A program made the translations under genes and the position numbers. The notes under the pieces are model-generated. The model was given only the letters and a program-made list of their open reading frames with translations, was not told the origin of the DNA and did not search any database. A stretch of DNA of 57,181 nucleotides, filler included, from Basidiobolus ranarum (lineage: Eukaryota): assembly GCA_040143965.1 (NCBI GenBank). It is 6 parts of 6 records of this genome, joined end to end, with 100 filler letters (N's around TTAATTAATTAA, not from the genome) between each part and the next. Parts side by side here need not be neighbours in the genome. Positions count along the whole stretch, not along the records: positions 38,224 to 47,664 come from JASJQH010007702.1; positions 47,765 to 57,181 come from JASJQH010007703.1; 4 more parts are not named here. One strand, 5' to 3'. This document shows positions 38,559 to 49,568 of this stretch, piece after piece. Numbering within the stretch: position 1 is the first letter of the stretch; every line of letters begins with the position of its first letter.

Positions 38559-40136
38559 TTAACATTCGATAGTGTCATATTTCCTGAACAAGAAGTAAAA
38601 TATCCCCGTCATAACTCCCATTAGTCCGGTTTGAATACCAAATACATATACAAAGTTTGGATCATTACTCCAGATTGCCAAGATCAATCCGATCAAACTG
38701 CCACCACAATTTGTGAACAAGAATAGAGCTGTAACAACGGACTTGAGTTCGGGTGCTGCTTGTCGGAATGCAAATTCAAGTCCAGTAACTGAAGCGAAAA
38801 TCTCCGAAATGGAGATACCAATAAATGGAATGATCTGCCACCAGATGGAAATATCGTTGACTGGATCTTGTCCAGCAGGTAAGTTGCTCAAGTCCGTGAA
38901 GTTGTAGTATGGCCCAGTCTTATATACTTGTGACTGAAGAACAGTGACGAAAACAAAGGCTAGAGTAGCAATGGTGAAACCGATAGTAATGCGTGTGATA
39001 GGCCCAAGACGGCATCCCATTCTTCTCAAGATTGGGAAGATAACGGTGTCAAATATGGGAATGGCAATCACAAGGACGAGACTATTGACAAGATTGAGCT
39101 GTTCAGGTCCGCTAATGAAGGAGGGACGTTGCATCGTAAGACCCATGTTGATAAAGTTGTCCGACATGTTGTAGTACAAGGCCCAGTAAAATGGATAGAA
39201 CAAGAATACTAAGGATGCACGTAGAGTCTTCTTTAGGTCTTCCACAAAGGCGTCATTCCATTCGAATCCATCAACCTTAGCATAATCCAGCCAATGCTCA
39301 ATAGGGCCGTTGGTTTTGGCATTGTCTAATGGTGCCTTACGATGGGAGAGGGCATACCTGATACAAGTATAGGTCTTGGAGAGTACGGTACCAGATGGAG
39401 GCTTGACATAATAGAATCTCTTGGCTGAAATGAAGATAACTAGTCCCAACACAAACATGATGGCGGGGAGAGAGAAAGCAAGAGGGTAAGATCCATAGTT
39501 GTTGGCCACAATTGGGCAGATGAACTGGCCTAACAAGGCACCGAGATTGATGGCCCAGTAGAAGAATCGGAAGATCCGCTCAACAGTTAATTGCGAGTCA
39601 ATGTACACTCCTGGGGTCTTGGTTGCAAAGAGTCCCTCCTTGATTTGCTCAGCAGCAAATGACGAAACGTTGGATTTGATACCACCAGTACCAAAGGAAA
39701 TGAATACATATAAAGCAATGATGTAGCCGATCACTCCAAAACTTCCATCAAGAGAGGTTGGAAGGGCACTGAGGGCCAAGATGATCAAACCGACCATGTA
39801 AAAGAGTGAGAATATGACGATGGTTTTGAATTTTCCTAGATATCTATCAGCAATGATAGCACCGAGAATGGTGGTAAAATATGCCATGAACTGAAATCCT
39901 CTGTTTACAGCAGTAGCAGTGCCTTTACTAAATCCCAGCATTTTGAGCATATAAGGTTGGAATAGGAGAGACGCTCCGTAAAATGCGAAACGCTCACATA
40001 ACTCAGTGATAATGATGAACCAAGCAGCGATAGGAACTTTACCGGCAACGCGTAACTTAATGTCTTCAGGGGCAGGTTGACCTGGCACTTCATAGTCAAC
40101 CTCTGTGTCTTGAGCGATCTTTTTTTCTTCACTCAT
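38559..40136 (-). CDS. PTR2: POT/PTR family proton-dependent oligopeptide transporter, copy 1 (intronless)
   Basis: ELCERFAFYG (ExxERF), GAIIADRYLGKFKTI, GTGGIKSNVSSF, FYWAINLGA, GLEFAFRQAA. Confidence 0.95.
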   Translation of the reverse strand: MSEEKKIAQDTEVDYEVPGQPAPEDIKLRVAGKVPIAAWFIIITELCERFAFYGASLLFQPYMLKMLGFSKGTATAVNRGFQFMAYFTTILGAIIADRYLGKFKTIVIFSLFYMVGLIILALSALPTSLDGSFGVIGYIIALYVFISFGTGGIKSNVSSFAAEQIKEGLFATKTPGVYIDSQLTVERIFRFFYWAINLGALLGQFICPIVANNYGSYPLAFSLPAIMFVLGLVIFISAKRFYYVKPPSGTVLSKTYTCIRYALSHRKAPLDNAKTNGPIEHWLDYAKVDGFEWNDAFVEDLKKTLRASLVFLFYPFYWALYYNMSDNFINMGLTMQRPSFISGPEQLNLVNSLVLVIAIPIFDTVIFPILRRMGCRLGPITRITIGFTIATLAFVFVTVLQSQVYKTGPYYNFTDLSNLPAGQDPVNDISIWWQIIPFIGISISEIFASVTGLEFAFRQAAPELKSVVTALFLFTNCGGSLIGLILAIWSNDPNFVYVFGIQTGLMGVMTGIFYFLFRKYDTIEC

Positions 40137-41499
40137 AGTATTAGCAACAAGGGGTATTAAGCACTTGAAGAATATAAAAAAGCTGTTCTAATTTTTATTT
40201 ACGACTCTGCAGGTTCTTTTATAGGAAGTTGTAGTTGCGATAAGATATTCTCTCTGCTATAAAGGAACTAATTAAGAAGAAAGAAGACTAATGTGGAATA
40301 CTCAAGTAGATTGTAAGGATAACTTGATAAGCTTTTCTATTTGCTCCATTTAAGCAAAATATCTCCCATATACTATCAATATTACCTTAAAATATATACT
40401 CAGATGAAACATTGATCTACCACTTGAGGTCACATACAGATTCTGTCGGAGCCTGGCCAATCAAAGTTGTTTAAAGAAGCACAGATCTACAAAAAATGAT
40501 TTTAGGTTAAATTAAATTGATGTAGACAGATCTATATATATTTAAGATCAGTTCCGTCAATATAACCAAAAGCGGCAAACTTGTTCGGCTGCACTTGACC
40601 ATTCTACTTAATTAGTAAAGTTCATATCTTAGATGGTTGCTTCGACCATTAGATTCTGAGACTATTTGTTTGTGTGGTTTTTCTTTGAAGTATTTGGTTA
40701 GATATGATAGTCGTTTAATCCGCTGTATGTGGTCAAGGGGTGAAATCGAAGTGAAGTGATTGACTTCTATCCATATCGTGTATTGGTAACTAGGGTGATA
40801 ACAACGACCGCAGTCTCTACTATAACGTCATTACACTAATAAATATAGTGATATAAGCTGCTAACTCAGCCAGGTTGTTGTCACCTGTTTATCTCGATCT
40901 ATACCTAAGTCGCGTGCTCAGCTATACTAAGTAAATATTCAAGTATTATCCTTCTCAAATGATATCTGATAAAGATGAGCTCTGAACAGGTGTCCAGTCA
41001 GGGTTCACATATCCTCTATGTACTGGAGCCATGCCAATCTTATCTGAGCGAATTAAATATCATTTAATAGTGCATCCTTCGATAGCTTATAGAATTGTCA
41101 AAACATACTTGGCTAATTGCAAGTTTTATATTAATAGTAATAAGTGAATTGGGGTTTATATATATTTAATTACATCGCATTAGTCGTTATTTTATTGTAG
41201 GTTTAGAACTGTGATAACAGTCAGTGTGCACTTACAAAAATGTCAGTAAACAATATTGCTATAGGAAAGTCAAGTATCGATCATGCAATGTAATCATCAA
41301 GTTTGAGTAATTTTTTATATCGAAGTATGGCCAAGAATATATATTTGTCTATTTTCTACTAGGATCATAGCTTTTAAGAACATTACACAAAAAGCCTTCA
41401 GTTCAATCTAGAGATAGTGATAGTTAATGTAGAAGTGTTTATTGAGCATTTATACAGTGAATGAATAGGATATGTATAGTAAAATATAAGCGGAGGTAG

Positions 41500-43077
41500 T
41501 TAACATTCGATATTATCATATTTTCTGAACAAGAAGTAAAATATCCCCGTCATAACTCCCATTAGTCCGGTTTGAATACCAAATACATATACAAAGTTTG
41601 GATCATTACTCCAGATTGCCAAGATCAATCCGATCAAACTGCCACCACAATTTGTGAACAAGAACAGAGCTGTAACAACGGACTTGAGCTCGGGTGCTGC
41701 TTGTCGGAATGCAAATTCAAGTCCAGTAACTGAAGCGAAAATCTCCGAAATGGAGATACCAATAAATGGAATGATCTGCCACCAGATGGAAATGTCGTTG
41801 ACTGGATCTTGTCCAGCAGGTAAGTTGCTCAAGTCCGTGAAGTTGTAGTATGGCCCAGTCTTATATACCTGTGACTGAAGAACAGTGACGAAAACAAAGG
41901 CTAGAGTAGCAATGGTGAAACCGATAGTAATGCGTGTGATAGGCCCAAGACGGCATCCCATTCTTCTCAAGATTGGGAAGATAACGGTGTCAAATATGGG
42001 AATGGCAATCACAAGGACGAGACTATTGACAAGATTGAGCTGTTCAGGTCCGCTAATGAAGGAGGGACGTTGCATCGTAAGACCCATGTTGATAAAGTTA
42101 TCCGACATGTTGTAGTACAAGGCCCAGTAAAATGGATAGAACAAGAATACTAAGGATGCACGTAGAGTCTTCTTTAGGTCTTCCACAAAGGCGTCATTCC
42201 ATTCGAATCCATCAACCTTAGCATAATCCAGCCAATGCTCAATAGGGCCGTTGGTTTTGGCATTGTCTAATGGTGCCTTACGATGGGAGAGGGCATACCT
42301 GATACAAGTATAGGTCTTGGAGAGCACGGTACCAGATGGAGGCTTGACATAATAGAATCTCTTGGCTGAAATGAAGATAACTAGTCCCAACACAAACATG
42401 ATGGCGGGGAGAGAGAAAGCAAGAGGGTAAGATCCATAGTTGTTGGCCACAATTGGGCAGATGAACTGGCCTAACAAGGCACCGAGATTGATGGCCCAGT
42501 AGAAGAATCGGAAGATCCGCTCAACAGTTAATTGCGAGTCAATGTACACTCCTGGGGTCTTGGTTGCAAAGAGTCCCTCCTTGATTTGCTCAGCAGCAAA
42601 TGACGAAACGTTGGATTTGATACCACCAGTACCAAAAGAAATGAATACATATAAAGCAATGATGTAGCCGATCACTCCAAAACTTCCATCAAGAGAGGTT
42701 GGAAGGGCACTGAGGGCCAAGATGATCAAACCGACCATGTAAAAGAGTGAGAATATGACGATGGTTTTGAATTTTCCTAGATATCTATCAGCAATGATAG
42801 CACCGAGAATGGTGGTAAAATATGCCATGAACTGAAATCCTCTGTTTACAGCAGTAGCAGTGCCTTTGCTAAATCCCAGCATTTTGAGCATATAAGGTTG
42901 GAATAGGAGAGACGCTCCGTAAAATGCGAAACGCTCACATAACTCAGTGATAATGATGAACCAAGCAGCGATAGGAACTTTACCGGCAACGCGTAACTTA
43001 ATGTCTTCAGGGGCAGGTTGACCTGGCACTTCATAGTCAACCTCTGTGTCTTGAGCGATCTTTTTTTCTTCACTCAT
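41500..43077 (-). CDS. PTR2: POT/PTR family oligopeptide transporter, copy 2 (intronless)
   Basis: Same protein as copy 1 except T to N near the C-terminus (YDTIEC vs YDNIEC). Confidence 0.95.
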   Translation of the reverse strand: MSEEKKIAQDTEVDYEVPGQPAPEDIKLRVAGKVPIAAWFIIITELCERFAFYGASLLFQPYMLKMLGFSKGTATAVNRGFQFMAYFTTILGAIIADRYLGKFKTIVIFSLFYMVGLIILALSALPTSLDGSFGVIGYIIALYVFISFGTGGIKSNVSSFAAEQIKEGLFATKTPGVYIDSQLTVERIFRFFYWAINLGALLGQFICPIVANNYGSYPLAFSLPAIMFVLGLVIFISAKRFYYVKPPSGTVLSKTYTCIRYALSHRKAPLDNAKTNGPIEHWLDYAKVDGFEWNDAFVEDLKKTLRASLVFLFYPFYWALYYNMSDNFINMGLTMQRPSFISGPEQLNLVNSLVLVIAIPIFDTVIFPILRRMGCRLGPITRITIGFTIATLAFVFVTVLQSQVYKTGPYYNFTDLSNLPAGQDPVNDISIWWQIIPFIGISISEIFASVTGLEFAFRQAAPELKSVVTALFLFTNCGGSLIGLILAIWSNDPNFVYVFGIQTGLMGVMTGIFYFLFRKYDNIEC

Positions 43078-43970
43078 AGTATTAGCAACAAGGGGTATTA
43101 AGCACTTGAAGAATATAAAAAAGCTGTTCTAATTTTTATTTACGACTCTGCAGGTTCTTTTATAGGAAGTTGTAGTTGCGATAAAAAACAACCCCTATAC
43201 CAAAAGGGGGTTAATTAAGAAGAAAAATCAGTGAAGCTGAAGTAGTGCAAAAATAGATTAATTGGAAAACTCGAAGATAAGCTATTCTTTCCAATTTGAG
43301 CGACTTGTTCGCAATATCTTTAAACTAACTAGCCTTAATAATCTTTATTGTTGGTAATTCGGCGCCTATTTCTTGGCTCAAATTAACTCTTAGGAACAAT
43401 CAGATCACGTTCACCGCAATGCCATAAAGTTAGTAGTTACTTAGCTCTTTTTTAGATTAACAACATATGGAAGCACTTCAATCTCTAACAATAGTACCAA
43501 TGGAGTCGTTCCTCTCAAAGAGGAAATCTTATTCTACTGCACTTGACTACTTTGCTTAATTGGACAACTTCATGTTTAAAATTTTTACTTCTAATTGTTT
43601 GTTAGTATTGACCGAGATAGTTAATATACCTACGAATATTCCACTAATAGATCACAAGAGAGATGGTCAAATGGAATTAGAATTGATCGATCAATCAATC
43701 AACCCGAAATGAAATTTAACTACGACTCTAGCACAATTGAGTAATTATGGATTAAGTTTCACTCTCATTAATCTGATGCAAACGCAGCCACATTCAGATC
43801 TATCAAAATAGTGACTGCAGGAAGTGGTAAGGAAATATAATCCTATGTGAGATGGGGTAACATCAAGTACTTGTCACCTTCCTGATATATAGAAGTTGAA
43901 AGATAAAACACGAAATCTCTTCAATTTGTAATTTATCAAGTTGTTCATATTTCAGGAATTACAAACCAAA

Positions 43971-44423
43971 ATGAGAATCACACTTTTTACCTCTTTATTC
44001 CATATTGCTACAGTAGTTGCTCTACCCACATACGACGTAATAGGTCAATCTGGAAGTACGGCCAATGGCGACAATTTCAGAGAGTACTCTAGTTCACAGA
44101 ACAATGAGCACTTTAGTGTCCAGGATGTCAATTATAAACACCATGGAACTAGTGCGGGAAAGTTCGATAACTATGACAAAGATAGACATCAGGTTAGTGG
44201 TGTTAATTCCGATCATGGTAAGTATCAAGGATCAAAAGACCGTTATCGAGATAGAAGTGAGCAAAAATATAGCTTTAGAGGATACAGTATCATTCAAGAC
44301 GGTTGTAGTGACCACAATGGTCATAAATCGAGTGGGCATAAGGAAAGTATAAATAGTGGCAATGAAAATAGGCACGGTCTTGACACGAATAATGAAGATA
44401 AAGAAGACTACGATAATATGTGA
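43971..44423 (+). CDS. Small secreted hydrophilic G/S/D/N/H-rich protein
   Basis: Signal peptide MRITLFTSLFHIATVVA-LP followed by low-complexity hydrophilic sequence. Confidence 0.6.
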   Translation: MRITLFTSLFHIATVVALPTYDVIGQSGSTANGDNFREYSSSQNNEHFSVQDVNYKHHGTSAGKFDNYDKDRHQVSGVNSDHGKYQGSKDRYRDRSEQKYSFRGYSIIQDGCSDHNGHKSSGHKESINSGNENRHGLDTNNEDKEDYDNM

Positions 44424-45470
44424 TTAAATAGTATGACTCAAATAACCGCTAGGGAGTAGACAGCAGTATTGGTCATCAGTATGGATATGCAGGAAGTATT
44501 AAGAAATACTATTATCGTAGCAATGGTCAATCTGACGCCAGAAATAGCTACAAATCAAAGTAGTAGTAAAGAAGGTAACACCTTTGGTGTTAAAAGTGAA
44601 CAAAGTTATAACACTTGTAAGCATAGACGAAGCTTTCGTAGTTGTCAACTAAAGAACACAAATGATTGAATGATCTAGCGAACAAGAATGGAGTTAACCC
44701 TAAGTAATGTTGATGATATGTGTGGGCATAAACCATGAGCGCAAACTGGCTCTAGAAGGTTGTGTAACCGAGTGTTTATGTTTGTTTTCCAAAGAACAAT
44801 AATATTACTCCCATTGGTTCCCACTGTAGACGTTTTTTTCCATATCAAGAAAATAGACAGTAATCACTCATTCAGCCTTCCATAATGAAATTTCATTTTA
44901 AGCCCAGTTTATATCAGCGCTTTTATGTCTTCTACAACTATCACATGAAATTCGTTTAGAACCCACATTCCTTCCGCCGTACCACTGTAAAATAGTATTT
45001 ATACAAAAAGGGAATTTTTTATCACATGAAATTAGAGTTTCGCCACCTAAAAAGCAAGAACTCTAGTATTTCATGTCATGAGTCGGAGCATTTCCATTTT
45101 TTGCTCTCTAAAACTACAAACATATTCATTGACAACTAGATAAGCCAAGTAATCCTTAAGGAAAAAGGACCAAGCTATAGACGACTCGGGCGGCATTTGT
45201 GGCACGGTTCTTTTATAGAAAAGGCTCTGATGAAGTCATTTGTGGGATCAAAACTTTGGGTCCGCAGCATTCTTGTTCTAATATTTCCAGATCTACTTTG
45301 GGTTAACACATCCGCCTTTAGGTAGTTTGAGTCATAGTGATTCTTCTAAGAATTATTGACTTTACACAAGGAAGTTCGTTTGTAGAGTCAACGTAGCGTA
45401 GACCTACACCAAATCTAGTCTTTCATCGTTGAAAGCCCATATGCAGACCAATTGGTTAAGGAGCTACAGG

Positions 45471-45502
45471 AATTTAGTAATTTAGCAATTTAGCAATTTA
45501 GC
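45471..45502 (+). repeat. 8-bp tandem repeat (AATTTAGY)x4
   Basis: aatttagt aatttagc aatttagc aatttagc. Confidence 0.85.
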
Positions 45503-45933
45503 ATTTGTAGACGAATAAGGAGCTTGGTAATAAGAAACATCAATTCTCACGGCCTAGAATCCCTCGTCTTTACTTAGGGCCCTTGCCACTGGTATCTGAT
45601 ATGGACCAAGGTAAAACTTACAAGTACTCTGACTAATAATTATTTACTGGCGAAAAAATTCAATCCCAGAGTCACACAGACTATTGATGTTAAAAATATA
45701 TTTGGCCAGCTGAATGAATGATGAACAGATTAGGCTTATTGGTAAGAATGACAACCAGCTCTCAGGTATAAAAGCGACCAAAAAGAATAACATTTCCTCA
45801 GACTAATGGAAAAATCCTACACTTCCAGCGTAAAATCTGCCCTCCCAAGCGACAACTCCTCCAGTGAAGATACCCCTGGCTAAATAAAATCTCAACCGAA
45901 CCCATTGAATAAGTCAGGTCCCCTTTGTCTAGT

Positions 45934-47664
45934 ATGTCAGCAAATCGCAAAAACAATGAAAAATTGCTTATCCCGGAAGTATGCTCGGTCATGAATCCAA
46001 CGATCGGCGTAATGGATGGGTATCCTATCTACCCATTGTCCTGGAATGATATCGAAGACCTCCAGAAACTCCACGGAAGGAATGCTGTTACTGAAAGCAA
46101 GCCAGTTCAGTGGTACACTATCGTATTCCACGCTACGATTCACCCTTTTAACATTCTCTTGCTTGCTCTCTCCATCTTTTCCGGTGCCACTGGGGAAATT
46201 GATACCACCGTCATCATGATTGTCATGGTTGTGCTAAGTGTTGTTCTCCGCTCCGTTCAAGAATTCCGTTCTGAAGTTGCCGCTCAAGGATTGAAAAATA
46301 TGGTCAACAATGGTTGCTTGGTGGTGCGTCAATATTCTTCGCCTGACACGCGTGATCCTCTTCCTGAAGATATATTAAAGATGGAGCGTGGGGATATTGG
46401 AGAGTATGATATTTCATTTGAAGATATTGTGCCTGGTGATTGGATCAAGCTACGCGCAGGTGATTTGATCCCGGCGGATTTGCAATTGATCGTATCAAAA
46501 GATTTATTCATTTCACAAGCATCTCTGACTGGAGAAGCCATGCCTGTAGAGAAATCAGCCTCTGGGATGGTCATGGAGGCTTCTAGTGCGAACATCCCTG
46601 TTACTGGGAGTGTACCTATTTCGATGCAAGAGGAATATGGTCTTAATAGGCCTGATATGTGCTTTATGGGAACTAGTGTGGTGAGTGGCACCGCCACTGG
46701 TGTAGTTAAAACCATTGGTACCAGCACTGTGTTTGGTGCTATGGCAAAGCAATTGTCGGCACAGCGCCCAATCAACGCCTTTCAAAAAGGTATCCGAAGA
46801 ATTAGTTACCTTTTTATCGGTATTATGCTTTTGATGGTACCATTGGTTTTTGTCATCTCTGGCTTTACCAATCATGATTGGCTACAGGCTGCATTGTTCG
46901 CCGCTTCAGTAGCTGTAGGGCTAACACCGGAGATGTTACCCATGATAGTCAACGCCAATTTAGCTCGCGGAGCTTTGATTCTCTCTAAGAAAAAGTGTAT
47001 TGTAAAGAAACTAGATTCTATCATCAATTTAGGTGGAATCGACATTCTTTGTACCGACAAAACTGGCACATTGACAGAAGACAAAGTTTCTCTGGTACGG
47101 CATTTGGATTTTGGAGGAGGAGCATCCTTCCTACCATTGGAACTAGCCTTTTTAAATTCACATTTCCAAACTGGACTAAAGAATTTATTGGATGTTGCAG
47201 TAATGAATTTCTTCCATGAAAACCATCATCTCTCGTTAGACCAATATTCCAAAGTGGATGAAATCCCCTTTGATTTTGTCAGGAGAAAGATGTCAGTGGT
47301 AATTCGAGATCAATCCCAATTAAACCATCTACTGATTACGAAAGGAGCTGTGGATGAAATGCTAGCATCGTGCTCTAAAATATTTATTGGTAACGCTGCA
47401 GATTTGAATTCCTGTGGAGCCGGTATAGCTTTACCCATGAAAGAAATTGTCGACCTTACCGGAGAATATAGAGAGAAGTTACAAAACCTGAACCGCGAGT
47501 TAAACGAAGATGGCCTTCGTGTAATTGCAGTTGCTTATCGTCAAATGGATAGCGACCATAAAGATCTTACGGTTGCCCATGAATCTAATATGATTTTTGC
47601 TGGGTATATCGCCTTCCTGGACCCGCCTAAGCAGAGTACTACCCAAGCTATACGTGAACTTCGT
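45934..47664 (+). CDS. mgtA: Magnesium-translocating P-type ATPase (type P3B, MgtA/MgtB-like); intronless in the visible part, 3'-truncated
   Basis: SQASLTGEAMPVEK, AVGLTPEMLPMIV, DILCTDKTGTLT, LNSHFQTGLKNLLDVAV, KVDEIPFDFVRRKMSVV, FLDPPK; the TPEMLP and QTGLKNLLD motifs are characteristic of P3B ATPases. Confidence 0.92.
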
Positions 47665-47764
47665 NNNNNNNNNNNNNNNNNNNNNNNNNNNNNNNNNNNN
47701 NNNNNNNNTTAATTAATTAANNNNNNNNNNNNNNNNNNNNNNNNNNNNNNNNNNNNNNNNNNNN
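47665..47764. other. Artificial contig-joining linker
   Basis: Same structure; truncates the MgtA-like ORF. Confidence 0.98.
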
Positions 47765-47829
47765 AGTCAATATTATTCATTTTTTGTAATCCTTGCTCCC
47801 ACAACCTCTATTTTGCTCGACTTTTCATC

Positions 47830-49568
47830 ATGGCAGTTACTACTGGGCCTATTCCTTGCTTGGAAGAATATGGAATCTCAGAAGAGTGTGGTTTTCTTCC
47901 TGCCTCTCCACCCCTAGAACGCTTGCCCAACCCTTACTTTCAGTGCTGGGAAAATGCGATACATAATTTCAACCATTTATTGCTAGCTGGGAAATTACGT
48001 GAGATAATTCGCAAGGTCAGTTCATTTAATTCTCCATTAGCAATATGGCCCGTAATGATAAGAAGCATCACTACCAAAACAGAAATACTTACTTCTTTGC
48101 TATAAAATATAGTTCCCAGTGTTAGATACCTCAGTATTATCTACTGAGGCAGAGTTACAAAGAGCTTTCGTTGTTCTATCAATTTTGACACACGGTTATG
48201 TATGGGGAAAGCAGGAGCCTATTTCCGAGGTAATTCTATCTATTATGTCTCACTCCGAGTTCATTTTATCTATAGTTATACTCTTCTAAACGCAAAACTA
48301 TATCGTAAAGATGTTACCTCCCATGTTGGCAATTCCATTCTGTGCAGTTGCAGAGCGCTTGGAGATGAGCCCTGTGGTATGCAACGCCGCAGTGGTTACA
48401 TGGAATTGGAAAATTTTGGATCCTGAGGGACCCCTTGATTTAAGGTGATTTGAATATTGGCCTAAAATCCCCTTGTGAAATTAAATATTTAATTTACATA
48501 TATAGTAATCTCGCAACTTTACATACATTTACTGGGTCTATTGATGAATCGTGGTTTTATCTAATAACCACTGCAATTGAGGGAAAATCTGGGCGTTGCT
48601 TGACAGCGATATTAAATGCAATGCATGCGATTGAGGAGTCCTCAGATGAACAGTTTATCTATTGGATGAGGGAATTGGCGTCGGCTATGGAAGAGATTCG
48701 TGGGATCCTAATTCGTATGTACGATAAATGCGATCCGTATATCTTTTATTGGAAAGTTCGGGCTTATCTAGCTGGTTGGAAAAATATGGCAGATGCTGGT
48801 CTACCACACGGAGTGTTGTACCAAGGAGTGGATGATTTGGACCTGCCAAAGAATTTCGACCCCTCTCAATTGACTCAGAGATATAGAAAGTATGCCGGTG
48901 GTAGTGCCGGACAGAGTGGATTAGTTCATGCTCTAGACGTAGCATTGGGTGTACATCATGATATCACTGTTGAGAGCACAAATTCTGCCGATGAAGAAGA
49001 GAAAGAGTTAGCTAGGGAGGGGCAGCATACTAATTTCTTCAATGAAATGCGACAATATATGCCAGGGAAGCATCGAAAATTCTTGGAAGCCTTGGAGCGT
49101 GCTCCTAGCATACATAAGTATGTTATGTCTCGGTCCAAATCAATCTTGGATTCTTCCAAAACAGAAGCTGCAACGGTAGTGGAAGCGTTCAATGAATGCC
49201 TGGATCAGCTCAAACTATTCCGCAACTCGCATATTCAGATGGTAACTAGATATATCGTACTACCTGCTAAAAAAGGGCCTGCTGGAACACCTATTGGAGT
49301 TGGAATGGTCGATCCTGCAAACCCAACTACACAACCTCATAGTCAACAGCAAAAACATCATGGTATGGGTATATTGTATCCTCAAACCTCTCCCATTGTT
49401 AGTGGTAACGCTCCACCTCCGCATGGATTAGCCCGTTTGGTAGGAGATGAAAAGATTGTGCGTGGCACTGGTGGAACAGATGTTATTCCTTTCTTGAAAC
49501 AAGCCAGAGATGATGTTGTTGATACAAAAATTGTAACCGTTGAGAATCGAAAAATCAACAATTGTTGA
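47830..49568 (+). CDS. BNA2: Indoleamine 2,3-dioxygenase, 3 introns
   Basis: EEYGISEECGFLP, THGYVWG, TFTGSIDESWFYL, CDPYIFYWKVRAYLAGWKNM, YAGGSAGQS, MRQYMPGKHR, FRNSHIQMVTRYI, RGTGGT. Confidence 0.95.

Larger units (their letters stand above)
38559..43184 (-). repeat. Direct tandem duplication: 38559-40243 vs 41500-43184 (offset 2941 bp)
   Basis: About a dozen substitutions counted by eye across the CDS; identity extends ~107 bp upstream and includes CTATAAAAG TATA boxes (40216-40224 / 43157-43165). Confidence 0.95.

Noticed and set aside
9467-47764. Regularly spaced TTAATTAATTAA repeats as a biological repeat or CRISPR-like array
   Set aside because: Always embedded in exactly 44+44 Ns; a synthetic six-frame-stop linker
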